A stretch of 64,000 nt of DNA from Octopus vulgaris (GCA_951406725.2 OX597821.1:94488001-94552000); one strand, 5' to 3'; counted from the stretch's first letter, positions 35,617 through 50,057 are shown. Notes: generated from the letters alone by a model not told the origin. Numbers and translations: made by a program.

Positions 35617-36116
35617 CATACATACATACATACACACATACATACATACATACATACACACATACATACACACATACATACATACATACATACATGCATA
35701 CATACATACAAACATACATACATACATACATACACACATACATACATACATACATACACACATACATATATACATACATACATACATACATACATACATA
35801 CATACATACATACATACATTAAATTCAAATTATGATGAAAGTAAAGTTTGCTTTAGAAGCGTTGAGATGTCTTAGAAAGTTAAGTAATTTTTTTTATTCT
35901 CAAACACAGGATAATGCTAATAATATAGCATGAACAGGATAAGCTACCTCTGTTTTGCAGAAAAAAATTTGGCGGACAGCCAAAACATTTTTCTGCAAAA
36001 TAGGGGGTAGTTTATCCTGTTCATGCTATATTATATACATACATACATACATACATACATACATACATACATACATACATGCATACATGCATGCATGCAT
36101 GCATGCATGCATACAA

Positions 36117-36560
36117 GGCACAGGTGTGGCTGTGTGGTAAGAAGCTTGCTTCCCAACCTCATGTATCGGGATTCAGTCCCACTGCGTGGTTCTTTGGGCA
36201 AGTGTCTTCTACTATAGCCTCAGGCCGACCAAAGCCTTGTGAGCGGATTTGGTTGATGGAAACTGAAAGAAGTCTGTCGTATGCATATGTGTGTGTATGT
36301 ATGTATGTATGTATGTATGTATGTATGTATGTATGTACGTGGTTGATTCTTTGTGTCTGTGTTTGTCTCCCATCACCGCTTGACAAACATGTTGGTGTGC
36401 TTACGTCCCCGTAACTGAGCAGTTCGGCAAAGAGACTAATAGAAAAAGTACTAGACTTAACGAATAAGTCCTGCGGTCGTTTTTTCGACTAAAACCCCCT
36501 CAATGCAAAACTCCAGCATGGCCAAAGTCAAATGCCTGGAATAAATAAAACAATAAAAGA
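36117..36560 (+). mobile_element. SINE family A, older diverged copy
   Basis: Same head/body/tail order, internal (TATG)n. Confidence 0.85.
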
Positions 36561-36589
36561 ATACATACATAGATTTATACCCACACACA

Positions 36590-36658
<69 letters not shown>

Positions 36659-38640
36659 CTAAATTCTTCTTTGAATTTATTCCTACGTATGCATACACAC
36701 CATCTTGCCTATAGTCATGGACAGACTATTCAGCTCGCTTCCGGTTCGGTTCAGGTACGTGGTGTTGATAAGCCACAAAATTGGCGAAACATCGCTGTCC
36801 ATCGCACTTCGGTGGGATTTGGAGTGAGTTGTCTCGCCTGTCCATGATTTTCAGTTCTCTTAACACCCGGCGCTTTGAGAGAGTCATTTCCACCGCATCA
36901 TTTTGCAACCTACCAGCGAACAAGCAAAGCGAGTATACTGAGTATGTATATTCGATAATGTTTAGAACACTAGCACTGCTTCTTATTCATATTTGAGTTT
37001 GTGTGTTTGTGTGTGTATTTAAGTGTGTTTTTGTTTATGTTGTCTTCGCTGATTTTTATTGACAAAAGCTATAATCATCGGAGAGAAAACGCCAAAGCTA
37101 CTGCTTTATAATTGGAATCCCTTGAGATATTTCTGTCTGCATCGAATTACAGATACTCACTTGTTCTTGTCGGAAATACAGCGAAGTAATGATTGGTTCG
37201 TTATAAAGACACCTAATCAACGATACGAATTGTTTATTAATGTCGATCAAAATGAACATTGTTGAACTTGGTAAACTATTACATTGAATTGTAATACTAT
37301 CAGACATAGTTTATGGATTCTAAAAGAACAAAGAAGGCAATCCTGATTGCACTTACAGTCTCGCGGAAAAAAGGTGCCTTCAAGCCTTTGTGTGGAAGCA
37401 CGCCGAATACCAGAACCTTTTGCAGGATTGCAGGGAGAAGAAACGGTTGTCGTAGCTATCTCTAGCAATGGTTGGCTGTTGAGGGTTCCTTCTCCAGTCA
37501 ACATGAAGAATGCTTATAAACCATTGAAATGAGAGGAAAATAGGGAAAGGAAGCTGCGCACTGGGTAGGAGAGACAGTAGAAAGCTCCTCTTACTAGATA
37601 TGGAACAAGAGGCAGGAGCTAAGCTGGAAGCCAAAAAGGGATAAGCAGTGATTGGGCCACCACTACCGAGCCTCCAAAAGCCATTTGGTTTTACTGTTCA
37701 GCGACTTAACATCCAATGGCTTTTGGGTATAGGCTAATGTCATAAATTCGTCTGGTCAAAGCTACATTCACCAAAGGCGAATGATAGAGAAGCATCTTCG
37801 TTTTAGATGCAATCAATATTATGAATAATTACCGGTTGTCTATAAGTAGACTGCAATACAATTGGAGAAGACATGGTTACGTTAAAAAGCTTCAGAAAAC
37901 GCACGAAAGTGTTCCGAAATAATAATCATCCAGTTATTAAGGCGTGCTCTACTTTCAACTTGGCATCTTAATTGCGTAATTATTCCACAGCAATGTTATA
38001 TTTTAAAGACGTAAACATTTTCCTCTATGGAATTCGTTACTTCTTTTGGTGAATGATGTCTTGCGGAATTAATTTTCCTTCACTTATAATGGGAGTTATA
38101 CTGTCACCTGTCAAGTCAAGTGCCAAAAATATTTCAAGAATAAAAGAATAAGAGATAAGCCTTCCGTTGATATTTTGATTAAGACGGGATATAGTTTACA
38201 AGTGAACTTGAATTTCCTTTGTTTTATTAGTACCCTATGGGGATTGTTGAAATACCATTGAAAGCTGGCTTCGCTTCTTTGTAACGATTAAAAGAAGATA
38301 CATTGGAAAGGGAAGTCCTGCTGTTCTTTATCCGGTCTAATGAAATAAACAAATTGAAAGCTCAGCACTTCTACTAAGTGAAACACACTATCTACCCAGC
38401 TTACATATATGGAACCCATTGTTCCATATGCAGCTTAAATATATGGAATCATCATGATGACTATTTTTTAACAAACGGTACTGTAGCAGGAAGAAGAGTT
38501 TCGAGCACTACTAGTGACAAGATTAAAATTGCTAATCCTCTTGGACCATCTTGGACACAATAAAGGAATTCTCATTTTCTTTGTTCTTTTTTTTCCGACT
38601 GGGCACCTAATTAATGCACCATTGTAATAATTAAATCTAT

Positions 38641-38905
38641 CTCTACTTATAATTAACTCCAAGACAACTAAAACAGTTATAGATAAGTTTATGCTATCTA
38701 AAACAGTTATAATTAATTCCTTTGCAACCAAATCAGTTACAAATATCTTCATGGTAACTGAAACAGTTATAAGTTTCTTGAAAGGAGCTAAACCAGTAGT
38801 GACGGTAATTAAAACGACTATAATTAACTTGAAGGCAACTGATACAGCTAGATCTAATTTAATGACAAATAAAAGAGTTATACTTAAATCCAAAGCAATG
38901 GAATC
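38641..38905. repeat. Degenerate 30-bp minisatellite
   Basis: 'aaacagttat'-like words at 38671, 38701, 38731, 38761, 38791. Confidence 0.7.
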
Positions 38906-39140
38906 ATTTCATTCTAACTTTGTGCTGACTTCTTGTTCGTTGAAGTAGGCTAGGAATAAATATTTTTGTGAAAATAACATGGAAGTTTTCTATTTCATTA
39001 TTTTCATATCATAGTTGCTGTTCAACCACAAATTAGCCATGACTGAACAGATTGTCTATCAAAGGTGTTTCGGCTGCGACCATCTTGTCTTTTTGTTTAT
39101 CCGGAACTATATTGTTCAATGTGTCGTTATCTATTAAGAC

Positions 39141-39539
39141 GTGGAGGCGCAATGGCCCAGTGGTTAGGGCAGCGGACTCGCGGTCATAGGATCGCGGTTT
39201 CGATTCCCAGACCGGGCGTTGTGAGTGTTTATTGAGCGAAAACACCTAAAAGCTCCACGAGGCTCCGGCAGGGATGGTGGTGATTCCTGCTGTACTCTTT
39301 CACCACAACTTTCTCTCACTCTTACTTCCTGTTTCTGTTGTACCTGTATTTCAAAGGGCCGGCCTTGTCACTCTCTGTGTCACGCTGAATATCCCCGAGA
39401 ACTACGTTAAGGGTACACGTGTCTGTGGAGTGCTCAGCCACTTACACGTTAATTTCACGAGCAGGCTGTTCCGTTGATTCGGATCAACCGGAACTCTCGT
39501 CGTCGTAACCGACGGAGTGCTTCCCAAAAAAAAAATCCC
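39141..39539 (+). mobile_element. SINE family B, tail type 2, full length
   Basis: tRNA head; tail 'gtcgtcgtaaccgacggagtgc'; TSD atctattaaga (39129-39139 and 39540-39550). Confidence 0.92.
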
Positions 39540-39653
39540 ATCTATTAAGAAGTTAAGGTATGATTTGAAAAAAGATATTTGTCTACTATATTTAGCAGGT
39601 AGCGTGACTGTACAGAGTGCCTTAGTTCATCTGAAATCTGTCTTCGTATAGAG

Positions 39654-39872
39654 AAGTGCTTTTCAAACATTTTGCTGGAGCGGAACCCCAAGGAAACATT
39701 CTACTGGCTCGAGGAACCCTTGTGCAATGATTTAATAGTCTTATGCACACATATCTGCACAGGAGAATTAAAAATTACTGCCGATTTTAGCAGTTTTGTA
39801 ACTTCTTGCGGAACCCCTGGACTGTATTGGCGGAATCCTAAGGTTCTGCGGAACCCTGGTTGAAAACCACTG
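39654..39872. mobile_element. hAT (Charlie-like) MITE
   Basis: 8-bp TSD gtatagag (39646-39653 and 39873-39880); TIRs aagtgcttttcaa / ttgaaaaccactg; repeated 'ggaaccc' subterminal motifs. Confidence 0.88.
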
Positions 39873-41429
39873 GTATAGAGAATCCAACTCAAATTAACGT
39901 AGCGAAGTCTGTTATTCCCGATGATGCTATATTACCAAAGGAAGAATAACTATGCTCAGAGCGGTAGCCTACAGAAACACTCAACACTGTCTCGATGCTG
40001 TGGCTGCTTGCGGTTATGTATTGTTTATAGTTCTATTGTACCATTTGAGAATTAAGTAGCATATGGAGCTAGGAATATATATTTTTTCTCATAAGTCCCG
40101 AGACTCATCGAATTGTTGGGTGGGTGGAAGTAAGCTCCCCGCCACTCATATCTTTGGGGAGACACATACAGAGAAAGGAAGGGAATAGGTAAGAGCGTAT
40201 GAGACAGATATATTGGCCACCAACACAACATAAAACCAATGAAATTATTCGAACGACGGGTAGTTAGTCTTGTTGTTATTGTTGCTTTTTATACCTGAGT
40301 CAAACCTAATTGAACAAATCTATGACCATGAGCATCAGAGATTATATCATCTAATGTATCATATCCCTACATTTTTTTTAGTATGATAAGGGATTAGTTT
40401 GAGGGAAATTTGGCCGTTATTTTTAACAGATCGAGTGATTGCATAGATGTTTCCCTCTTCAGTTCTCCAGAGTCTTAGAAAATTAGTTGTTTGTTCGGTA
40501 TGCTATCAAGTTAACATTCAATTTTTTTCTCTCAATTTACTATCTGCTAAATTATTTATTAGAAGTCCGCAAAATGTTCAGTTGATAAACACTAATAGAT
40601 TAATAAAAGCTTTCCAGAAAGATAGCTAAAGTAGATTAAAATATCAAATTAATACCATCATCTGTCAGATTGTTGGATGGAAATATGAATTTCGGCTTTG
40701 AAGAGTTTCACCCTGGAAACTATTGGCATAAATACAAAATTTATAAATAGATAGACAGTTATTCTAAATAAACAACAAATGTTCGAATTTTAGATTTGCT
40801 AATAAACAAGTTTCGAATAAAGACTTAAAAGCTGATTGAGTAAGGCATTGTACTATAAACTGATAGGTTTTGAGTTCAAATCCAGTATAGGCAAAAAACT
40901 TCATTGTATGTGAATTTTATTGTTCCCAACCGAATGGAAGAGAGAGGGATAAAATAGTATCTTGTGTCTTCTACGAAGGAGAATTTAATTTAACTCTCCT
41001 ATCTTTAACATCGAGCAACAGCAGCTAGGCATCAGTTTATTTCACCTCTTCAATGCCCAAAAGAAATTTATCTTTGTGCGTATGTATTGAAAGGTAATTT
41101 TTTTTAATGTGGCAAAATATATTAGAATGTCTATGTATCGAAAGTTCTAAAATGCAAAATGTGGAATTATGCACTTTCGGTGGAAGCTACTCTATTGGTA
41201 TTGAGTTCAATACCAGATTCGCCTTTGGGAGCATTATTAGTGGTTATTTTGTTCCTACGTAATGTATCTAAAATAGGTTTGTGCCTTCACTCTCATCTCC
41301 AAATTATATAAGCAGGAGGATTTGAAAATATTACTGTAATTTAATGGAACATTCACCACTCTTATACTGCTCCGACAGCTTACAGCAGAGATCTAAAGCT
41401 TTGTTGGTGATACCTGCTTACAACTACAA

Positions 41430-42043
41430 TAATTGATTTCAAATTTTGGCATAAGGCCAAAAATTTTGGGGATGGGGTATTAAATGTTAGACCTCAATGT
41501 TCAGCAGGTACTTATATAATCGACCCCAAAAAGATGAAAGGCAAAGTCGACCTCGGCGGAATTTGAACTCAGAACGTAGACAGACGAAATGCCGTTAAAC
41601 ATTTAAGCCCGACGTTCTAACGATTCTTATTTTTTTATTGCCCACAAGGGGCTAAACATAGAGGGGGCAAACAAGGACAGACAAAGGGATTAAGTCGATT
41701 ACATCGACCCCAGTGCGTAACTGGTACTTAATTTATCGACCCCTAAAGGATGAAAGGCAAAGTCGACCTCGACGGAATTTGAACTCAGAACGTAAAGACA
41801 GACGAAATACCTATTTCTTTATTACACACAAGGGGCTAAACATAGAGGGGGCAAACAAGGACAGACAAAGGGATTAAGTCGATTACATCGACCCCAGTGC
41901 GTAACTGGTACTTAATTTATCGACCCCGAAAGGATGAAAGGCAAAGTCGACCTCGGCGGAATTTGAACTCAGAACGTAAAGACGGACAAAATGCCGCTAA
42001 ACATTTAGCCCGGTTTGCTAACGTTTCTGTCAGCTCACCACCT
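41430..42043 (-). mobile_element. SINE family C trimer
   Basis: Three body units and one head; junctions aacgattct|tatt (41627/8) and gacgaaatacc|tatttc (41811/2). Confidence 0.88.
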
Positions 42044-42961
42044 CGCAGCTATATCTATTAAGGAATGTTAGAGTCAATTGTAATTTGCATTTCACACATT
42101 ACTCCCGCACACAAATTTTTCTTTCTTTTTTATTGTAAACTACTGCTATCATTTTCGTTCTGGTATAATATTCCTGTTCTCTTCTTTCCTTTTTCTTTCT
42201 CACGCTTGGTCATTTGAAAGCCAACGAATGATATTGCCAAACGCATCAATATCAGCGACTAGATAAACGTTGCAGTTAGTTTTATCGATTATTTTCATAC
42301 AACCACTCAACGCAGTCTCTGTCACAAGGGTCCTTCTAATTTAACTTTCAAACGCAATCGGTGGTTCGCATGCGTAATGCTCCTTTGCATGCTGCATGCT
42401 GCATGCTAACATGCTTGAAGATGCAGCAAGCCGTATTCTATCTGTAATTGCATGCTTAGTTAAACATTGCTTTGGTCGCATCGTTCACGGGTGACTGACA
42501 GAAAATTCTAGATATCATTTGCAAACTCAATTTCGAAAGAAAACTCCTACTTGGAAGGGAGAAATAGTCTTATCGTCTACTATTGATTCTTACTCCCAAA
42601 CGCTTTCCTGTTGAATCGATAATGCTATTGAGAACGGTTTGAAAAGAGATCAAGGAATTTAATTGAAGCATCGCGTTCTTTTGTAGTTGCAATATTTACT
42701 ATAGTCTGTATTTTAAATGCTGTTTGTAAACGGTAAGAATTGGTATTGATTAGTTTCAATTACGCCCTTATGAGTTCTTGCCTTTGACAAATACCAAACC
42801 GCATACTTGATTCTCACGCGCGCGCCCACACGCTAATATTTATTTAAATTTGTTTCACATACTCACAAACACGCTCACACACACATGTGCTTGCATCAGT
42901 ATATATATGTGTGTGTGTGTACACATGTATGTGTCTGTGTGTATACGTATATATATATATG

Positions 42962-43114
<153 letters not shown>

Positions 43115-43889
43115 GTATGTATGTATGTATGTATATATATATGTATGAATACATATATATGTATGAATATCTTATGTCAGGTCACTTGTGAAGTTTCTTA
43201 TGAGTTTATGAGTGCTACTGATAACATCGAATCCAGTACAACCTGTTGCATCGTCGTGTCGTCGGCTACCAAACCGGTGCCCCCTCTAGGCTTGCCCGGT
43301 GATGAGAATTTTTTAAAAACCGGCAGCACCAAATACAAGACGGATAGACCTAGTGTGAATCCAACAACTATCTATCCCTAAAACTGGCCCTCAGAGGTTC
43401 CAGCTTTGTGTCCGGCGTGTATGAAGGACACAGGGAGTTAAGCACCCCTTACCTTTTTGGTAAAGCATGTCTCAAGGGAAAGCTCACTCTAATATAAAAC
43501 CAGGTGTGCAGGGAATGGTGTTGAATATTTTTGGGATCTTTTGCTTGCGCCTGAGATCGTGGCGTTCCCACATTCCTGAGCCTGCGATCCATTTGGCACT
43601 GGATATCTTGCTCTCACTTGTTTCTGGACCATACCGATATAGTGAATAATGTCTGCAAGGTGTTGTGTAAGCCTTATTGAACCTAAAACTTTAATCTGCG
43701 CAGTCGTCGGTGAGGTGGACTTTCTGAAGACCGGTCGAGTAGGAGGACGCTGCAGCAAGCGTGGAGGATGCAGGTGCGAATCTGGATGAAGTCAACTGCG
43801 GGTACAATAATCTCATGCTTGAGCATTGCTTACATTTTGCATGAGCAACAATTGGTAATGACCTTCCTCCGTCGCGAATGGACAGCCAT

Positions 43890-43939
<50 letters not shown>

Positions 43940-43957
43940 TAGATATGTGCGTATGTA

Positions 43958-44171
43958 CTCTTACTCACTTTTACTCTTTTACTTGTTTCAGTCATTTGAC
44001 TGCGGCCATGCTGGAGCACTGCCTTTTAGTCGAGCAAATCGACCCCCAGGACTTATTCTTTGTAAGCCTAGTACTTATTCTATCGGTCTCTTTTGCCGAA
44101 CCGCTAAGTTACGGGGACGTAATCACACCAGCATCGATTGTCAAGCGATGTAGGGGGGAGGGACAAACACA

Positions 44172-44229
<58 letters not shown>

Positions 44230-44399
44230 CATATATACGACGGGCTTCTTTCAGTTTCCGTCTACCAAATCCACTCACAAGGTTTTAGTCGGCCCGAGGC
44301 TGTAGTAGAAGACACTTGCCCAAGGTGCCACGCAATGGGACCGAACCCGGAACCATGTGGTTGGCAAGCAAGCTACTTACCACACAGCCACTCCTGCGC
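43958..44399 (-). mobile_element. SINE family A, full length
   Basis: Homology to the other family A copies. Confidence 0.92.
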
Positions 44400-44664
44400 A
44401 TGTATGTATAATTTTTAAAAATTCTTTTACTATTTTACATGTTTCACCTCTAAGGCTGTGGCCATGCTGGAGCGCATACATACATACATACAATTAAACA
44501 GAAACTCGTATACGTGCGCATATGTCAGTTTGTGTGTTTGTTTCTATTGTCGAGCTCGCGTGCTTGCTTATACATATCCCCCTAATTGTATAAAAACCTG
44601 TCTACACAGTGTGATCATTATCTATTATCCAGCACCCTAAATCATCACCACCACCACCACCACC

Positions 44665-44698
<34 letters not shown>

Positions 44699-45110
44699 TC
44701 ATCATCATAATCATCGCCATCATCATCGCCATCATCATTGCCATCATCATGTCAACTTGAGAATCGTTGTGTTCCTGCTGTTGAACGCTGACGTGTAACA
44801 CGCGTTAAATCTAGTGCAGATGTGGTGACTCGAGTGCTTCGGTAAAAGTTTGGACTTGGAGAAGTAAGAATGCATTGTTTAGTTTTCTCTTGAGAACTGA
44901 ACCGAATGCTTAATGCCAGTATTAACTAGTTGGGACCTTATCTCTACCGTAATGACAATCTCATCATTCAACTCCGGGTTCAGATTACATTTTACTTAGC
45001 TATATGAGGCCACCGTTCATATATATATATATATATATATAAATCCTTAAAATCCTTAAAAAAATTTTAGCCCGAAGGCCGCGGCCATGCTGGGGATGTA
45101 TATATGTATG

Positions 45111-45146
<36 letters not shown>

Positions 45147-45445
45147 TGTATGTATGTATGTATGTATGTATGTATGTATGTATGTATGTGTGTGTGTGTA
45201 TGTATGTATATGTGTGTATGTATACGTATATATATATATATATATCTATGTATATGATGTATACATGTATATGTATGTGTATATTATGTATACTTAGTCT
45301 TTCTCCTTATATATATGCACACACATATATATAAGTATGTGTATATGTCTCTTTATATATACTATACATACATGTATTTATGTCTATATTATTATATATG
45401 TGTGTGCGTGTGTGTTTATTCTGTGTATATACCTTTATATATATT

Positions 45446-45487
<42 letters not shown>

Positions 45488-46296
45488 TAACATATGTCTA
45501 AATATATCTGTTGTTTGCATACGTGTACACATATATATTATGACATAATCTATGTATAGATTATCACACTGCTTGTAATTGTTTCTTTAGGAGTTGACAG
45601 TTCAGACAGTTTTCCGACGTTCCACTAAGTGGTACCTGTATGCATATATCGCATACTTTTTTTTTTCCTGAAATATTCTAAATCCGTGTCATTCTCTTGA
45701 TGAAAGGGTGTGTTTTAAGAAGGATTTGGCTGCTATTTGTAATAGTTCCAGTTGCCACAGACACAACTCTGTGTTTTGTGCGTGCTTCGTTGTGGTGAAA
45801 ATATACATCTTCTCAGAATATTTTGCACAATAATTTTTAAAATCTGGACGTCCTTCAACTTCAAATTACAATCGTTAATTGTTGGAAGTCAAGTAGACTG
45901 AGGTGTACATATAGTGTTATCGTATGGAGTGGAAGTTCAATATGAACTTTTGAACTCATTATCTTGTGGTTAGTAATCCATTACCTTAAATTTGAAGCCA
46001 TTAAGTCTTTAAGCATTATTCTACTGGGTTTAGTCTTTTGACTGTCGCCATTATGGAATATCACCTTCAAAAATTTAATTGATCATACTGACCTCAGTAC
46101 GTATTTAAATCTGGCATTTATTTTATAGATCTCTGCTTGGTGATCCGCTAACTTTGAAACATAGTAAGATACAATACTCGATCTAACAACAAATGTAAAC
46201 ACACACACACATATTAGGTGCAAGAATGACTGGTGGTTGAGAAGTTTGCTTCCTACCAACATTGTTTCCCGTTCAGTCCTTCTGCATGATATCTTG

Positions 46297-46590
46297 GTGG
46301 AGGCACATGGCCTAGTGGTTAGAATAGCGGACTCGCGGTCGAGGGGCACGCGGGTTCGAATCTCAGACCGGGTGATGTGTGTGTTTACGAGCGAAACACC
46401 TAAGCTCCACGCGGCTCCGGCAGAATGTAGTGGCGAACTTCTGCTGACTCTTTCGCCACAAATTTTTCTCACTCTTTCCTCCTGCATCTTGTAGATCACC
46501 TGCGACGGACCGGAGTCCCGTCCAGGTGGGGAACCTATACTCCAAGGAAACCGGCCCTTATGAGCCAGGCATGGCTTGAGAAGGAACGAA
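46297..46590 (+). mobile_element. SINE family B, tail type 3, nested in an old SINE A head (46216-46672)
   Basis: B-type head 'gtggaggcacatggcctagtggttag'; distinct tail; TSD catgata[t/c]cttg (46285-46296 and 46591-46602). Confidence 0.85.
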
Positions 46591-46794
46591 CATGATACCT
46601 TGGGTGAGTGTTTTCTACTATAGCCCTAGGCTAACCACAAAGTTGTGACTGGATCTGTTAGGCGGAAACTGCAGAGTTGTTCAACAGAAAATGACCGAAA
46701 ACATGTTTATAACAAAGTGTTGTTTGCTTCATACTCCTCGTGTGCCGATTCTGCTCATAAGAAAGGAACAAATAATACAATGTGGCTGTAGGTC

Positions 46795-46828
46795 ATAGCA
46801 CCCGGGCAACGCCGGTATGCATTGCTAG
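46795..46828 (+). mobile_element. Helitron 3' terminus
   Basis: cccgggcaacgccgg hairpin then CTAG followed by T, as at 34072-34099; 5' end not located. Confidence 0.65.
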
Positions 46829-47064
46829 TATATTACAAAATAATGCAAAAAATGTGCGAATAATGGGCTAAAGGAACAAAAGTACGTATACCTCAGGAAT
46901 CTGGAGAGGATTTTCCCTAAAGAATATAAGAAAATTGTTGTAGACAGTTTAATTTGGTGCCAGTGCTCTATTCCAACCGTTTAGAAGATATTTATTTGAA
47001 GGACAATCCATTTATCTATCTTGCTATCTCATATATATATATTTATTAAATAGTGAAATAAATT

Positions 47065-47283
47065 AAACATTCTCTTAAAATTTTGACATAAACCCAACAA
47101 TTTCAGGGGAGGGGTGAGTCGATGACATAGACCTCAGTGCTCCATTGATATTTATTTTATCGAGCACGATAGGATAAAAAGGGAAGTCGACCGCGGCGGA
47201 ATTTGAACTCATTGTGTTAAGAGAAACGAGACACCGATAAACAATTTTCCCCGACGCGGTACCAATTTTGCCAGTTCGTAGCC
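47065..47283 (-). mobile_element. SINE family C, old copy with alternative tail
   Basis: 'aagtcgaccgcggcggaatttgaactc' core. Confidence 0.7.
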
Positions 47284-47316
47284 TTTAAGATAAATGAACA
47301 CTAAATATATAACCCC

Positions 47317-47394
47317 TACGAGCGCGGGCTACTAACCCCAAGATTCCGAGATCGATTCCAAGCAGTGACCTGAACAATAATAATAATAATAATG

Positions 47395-47452
<58 letters not shown>

Positions 47453-47610
47453 CATCGAAGAATACCTTAGGAATGAGAACCCAGATTCGAAATTTCCCCC
47501 AAGACACATGAAGAAGGCTGGAGGGTATATCAGCCGAAACGTTGTGTTAACAACAAACACGACGAGGACAAATATCCGTCGAATGTAAATAATGTAAATA
47601 ATGTAAATAA
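47317..47610 (+). mobile_element. tRNA-like-headed repeat with internal (AAT)n, hammerhead-like motif and (AATGTAAAT)n tail
   Basis: Anticodon-arm-like ggg-ctactaa-ccc and B-box-like gagatcgattcc; 47503-47548 gacac-ATGAAGA-a-ggctg(10 nt)cagcc-GAAAC-GTT-gtgtt. Confidence 0.6.
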
Positions 47611-48844
47611 GAGTGGGCTTTGTTTTTTAAGTCGGTAGGATATAATTATAGAATGTCCTTTTGTGCGCTTGCAGTGAATATGGTGTAGTCAATGTTTCAG
47701 CAGGGCATCTAAATGAGAGCTAGCTTCTCTAGTGCTGGTCCAGTTACAGATGTAGTATAATGATCACGACGATTGTGGCTGAGAGATAAAGTTTTGTTGT
47801 TGGTTTTTTTGTGGTTGCTATTGTAGTTTGGACATAACTAGTGATGCGATTTTATCATTTATGCATACTTGCAGATTTAGTATTAAAATATTTTGATTCG
47901 TAGTGCTGTTAAGAAAGCAATACTGCGATGGTGGTCACTCTGGGGATGCTGCAGTTGTTGTAATGACCAGATAGCGTGTGGTGTTATGTAATGATGGCTA
48001 TTAAAGTATAAGTTGTTGTGTCATTGCGTGTCACCTCTGGCAGGGTCGGTCAGTGGTGTGAAAGTGGTTGAAATGCATTGAAGTCGCTTCTCCTGAGGCT
48101 GCTTTCTTTCTTTTTCTTTTCTTGCTTTTTTTTTTTTTTAATGATTGCTGCCATCATCACTTGCACTTCAGTGGAGTTTTGTGCAAAGCACGTTGAAAAC
48201 CCTTCTTCGCTAACACTTAAACTGCCAACAGAATAGATGAAAGAAGAAAGCGGAAACGACACGTTTTTCAGAGCACCATCATCCTAATTCGAAATTGGCG
48301 TGTAGATTTGTTGTACATGATAATAATAATGGTAAGTCCTCTCACACAAGAATGAATGAAAGAGTGAATGGCTCAGCGAACGAACGAACGAACGAATAAG
48401 CGAATGAACAAATTGATGCTTGCAACAAAATGGTAGAAAATCGTAGTTTGACGCATCCAACCTCTGCATAGAAGGAAACATGGGGCGCTAGATCATTTTC
48501 TATAGTGCTATTTAATTTTCAGATTTTTAATTACACTGATTATCAATAGAGCGCATGTTGCTGCTTATTTAAAGCCTTTGTCTCTGATATCGCCCCCCCC
48601 CCATCTCTCTCACTTTCCTGCTTTTTTTTTTTTTTTTCATTTTCATTCACCTGATTATCAACAAGGTGAAAAGTAAAGAGAAAAAAAATCACAGACTCCC
48701 TCATCCATAAACATCATTGCCTCATCCATCGCCTTGCTCTGGATGCGGATTTAATAAAAAAAGAAAATCTTGCGAGTAATTACTTTATAATTTTACTGTA
48801 CGTTTTCATACCTGAATACATACATACATACATACATACATACA

Positions 48845-48905
<61 letters not shown>

Positions 48906-49004
48906 TATATATATATGTATACAGTATATATACATACATATATATATACTATAAGTATAAATATATATATACTCTGTGTATATATATACATACATATATA
49001 TATT

Positions 49005-49035
<31 letters not shown>

Positions 49036-49087
49036 GTATGTATACGAGTGTGTGTATGTATATATACATACATGCATACATACATAC

Positions 49088-49118
<31 letters not shown>

Positions 49119-49675
49119 TTGTATATACATGTATAAATATATATATATATTATACATATATACTTGCATGCATCCATGCATACATACATGCATACATTCA
49201 TACATACATACACGCATACGTGCATATATGCATACATACGCAGATAGTTAAGTAGGTGGATAGGTAGTAGGAATGAAGGCAGGTAAGCAGGTAGAGTGAG
49301 AGCCATTTAGTAGAAGCAATACGGAAAAAGAAAACGATTGCGAATTATTGAAAAAAAAATTTGAATGGAATAAATAAACTGAGAGAATTATTGTATGATC
49401 GTGTGTATATTTGTGTCAAAGAAGGGGTGGGAAGAGAGGGGGAGGGAAGGGGGAGAGAAATGGAGAGATATTGTAGAAGAAGAAATAAATCAAGAGATAA
49501 GCGTTATGGAGAGATGCAGTGAGAGAAACAGAGAAGCAGGTGAGAGGTACAGGTAAGAGGGATGTGTTGAGAGATGAGAAATATTCGCTGTATGTATATG
49601 TGTGATTGTATGTATGTGTTTGCGCGTGTGTGAGCGTGTGAGCGTCTGAGTTAGTGTGAGTGTGTGTGTGTATAT

Positions 49676-49883
<208 letters not shown>

Positions 49884-49978
49884 TAAATTAGAGATAAAAC
49901 CACTATTAGGCAAATCAAACAGTGAAAATCATAATCCAATACATAGAAATAAAAATTAATTAAAAAATATATAAAGAA

Positions 49979-50057
<79 letters not shown>

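Noticed and set aside
38468-38893. 141-aa hydrophobic ORF
   Set aside because: Produced by the 30-bp minisatellite; no family resemblance
39141-39215. tRNA-like sequences at the heads of B, A, D and 47317
   Set aside because: No complete acceptor stem or poly-T terminator; each continues into a SINE body, so these are SINE heads rather than tRNA genes
41430-42043. Regularly spaced direct repeats suggesting a CRISPR-like array
   Set aside because: Whole ~185-bp units repeat with no unique spacers; eukaryotic SINE multimer
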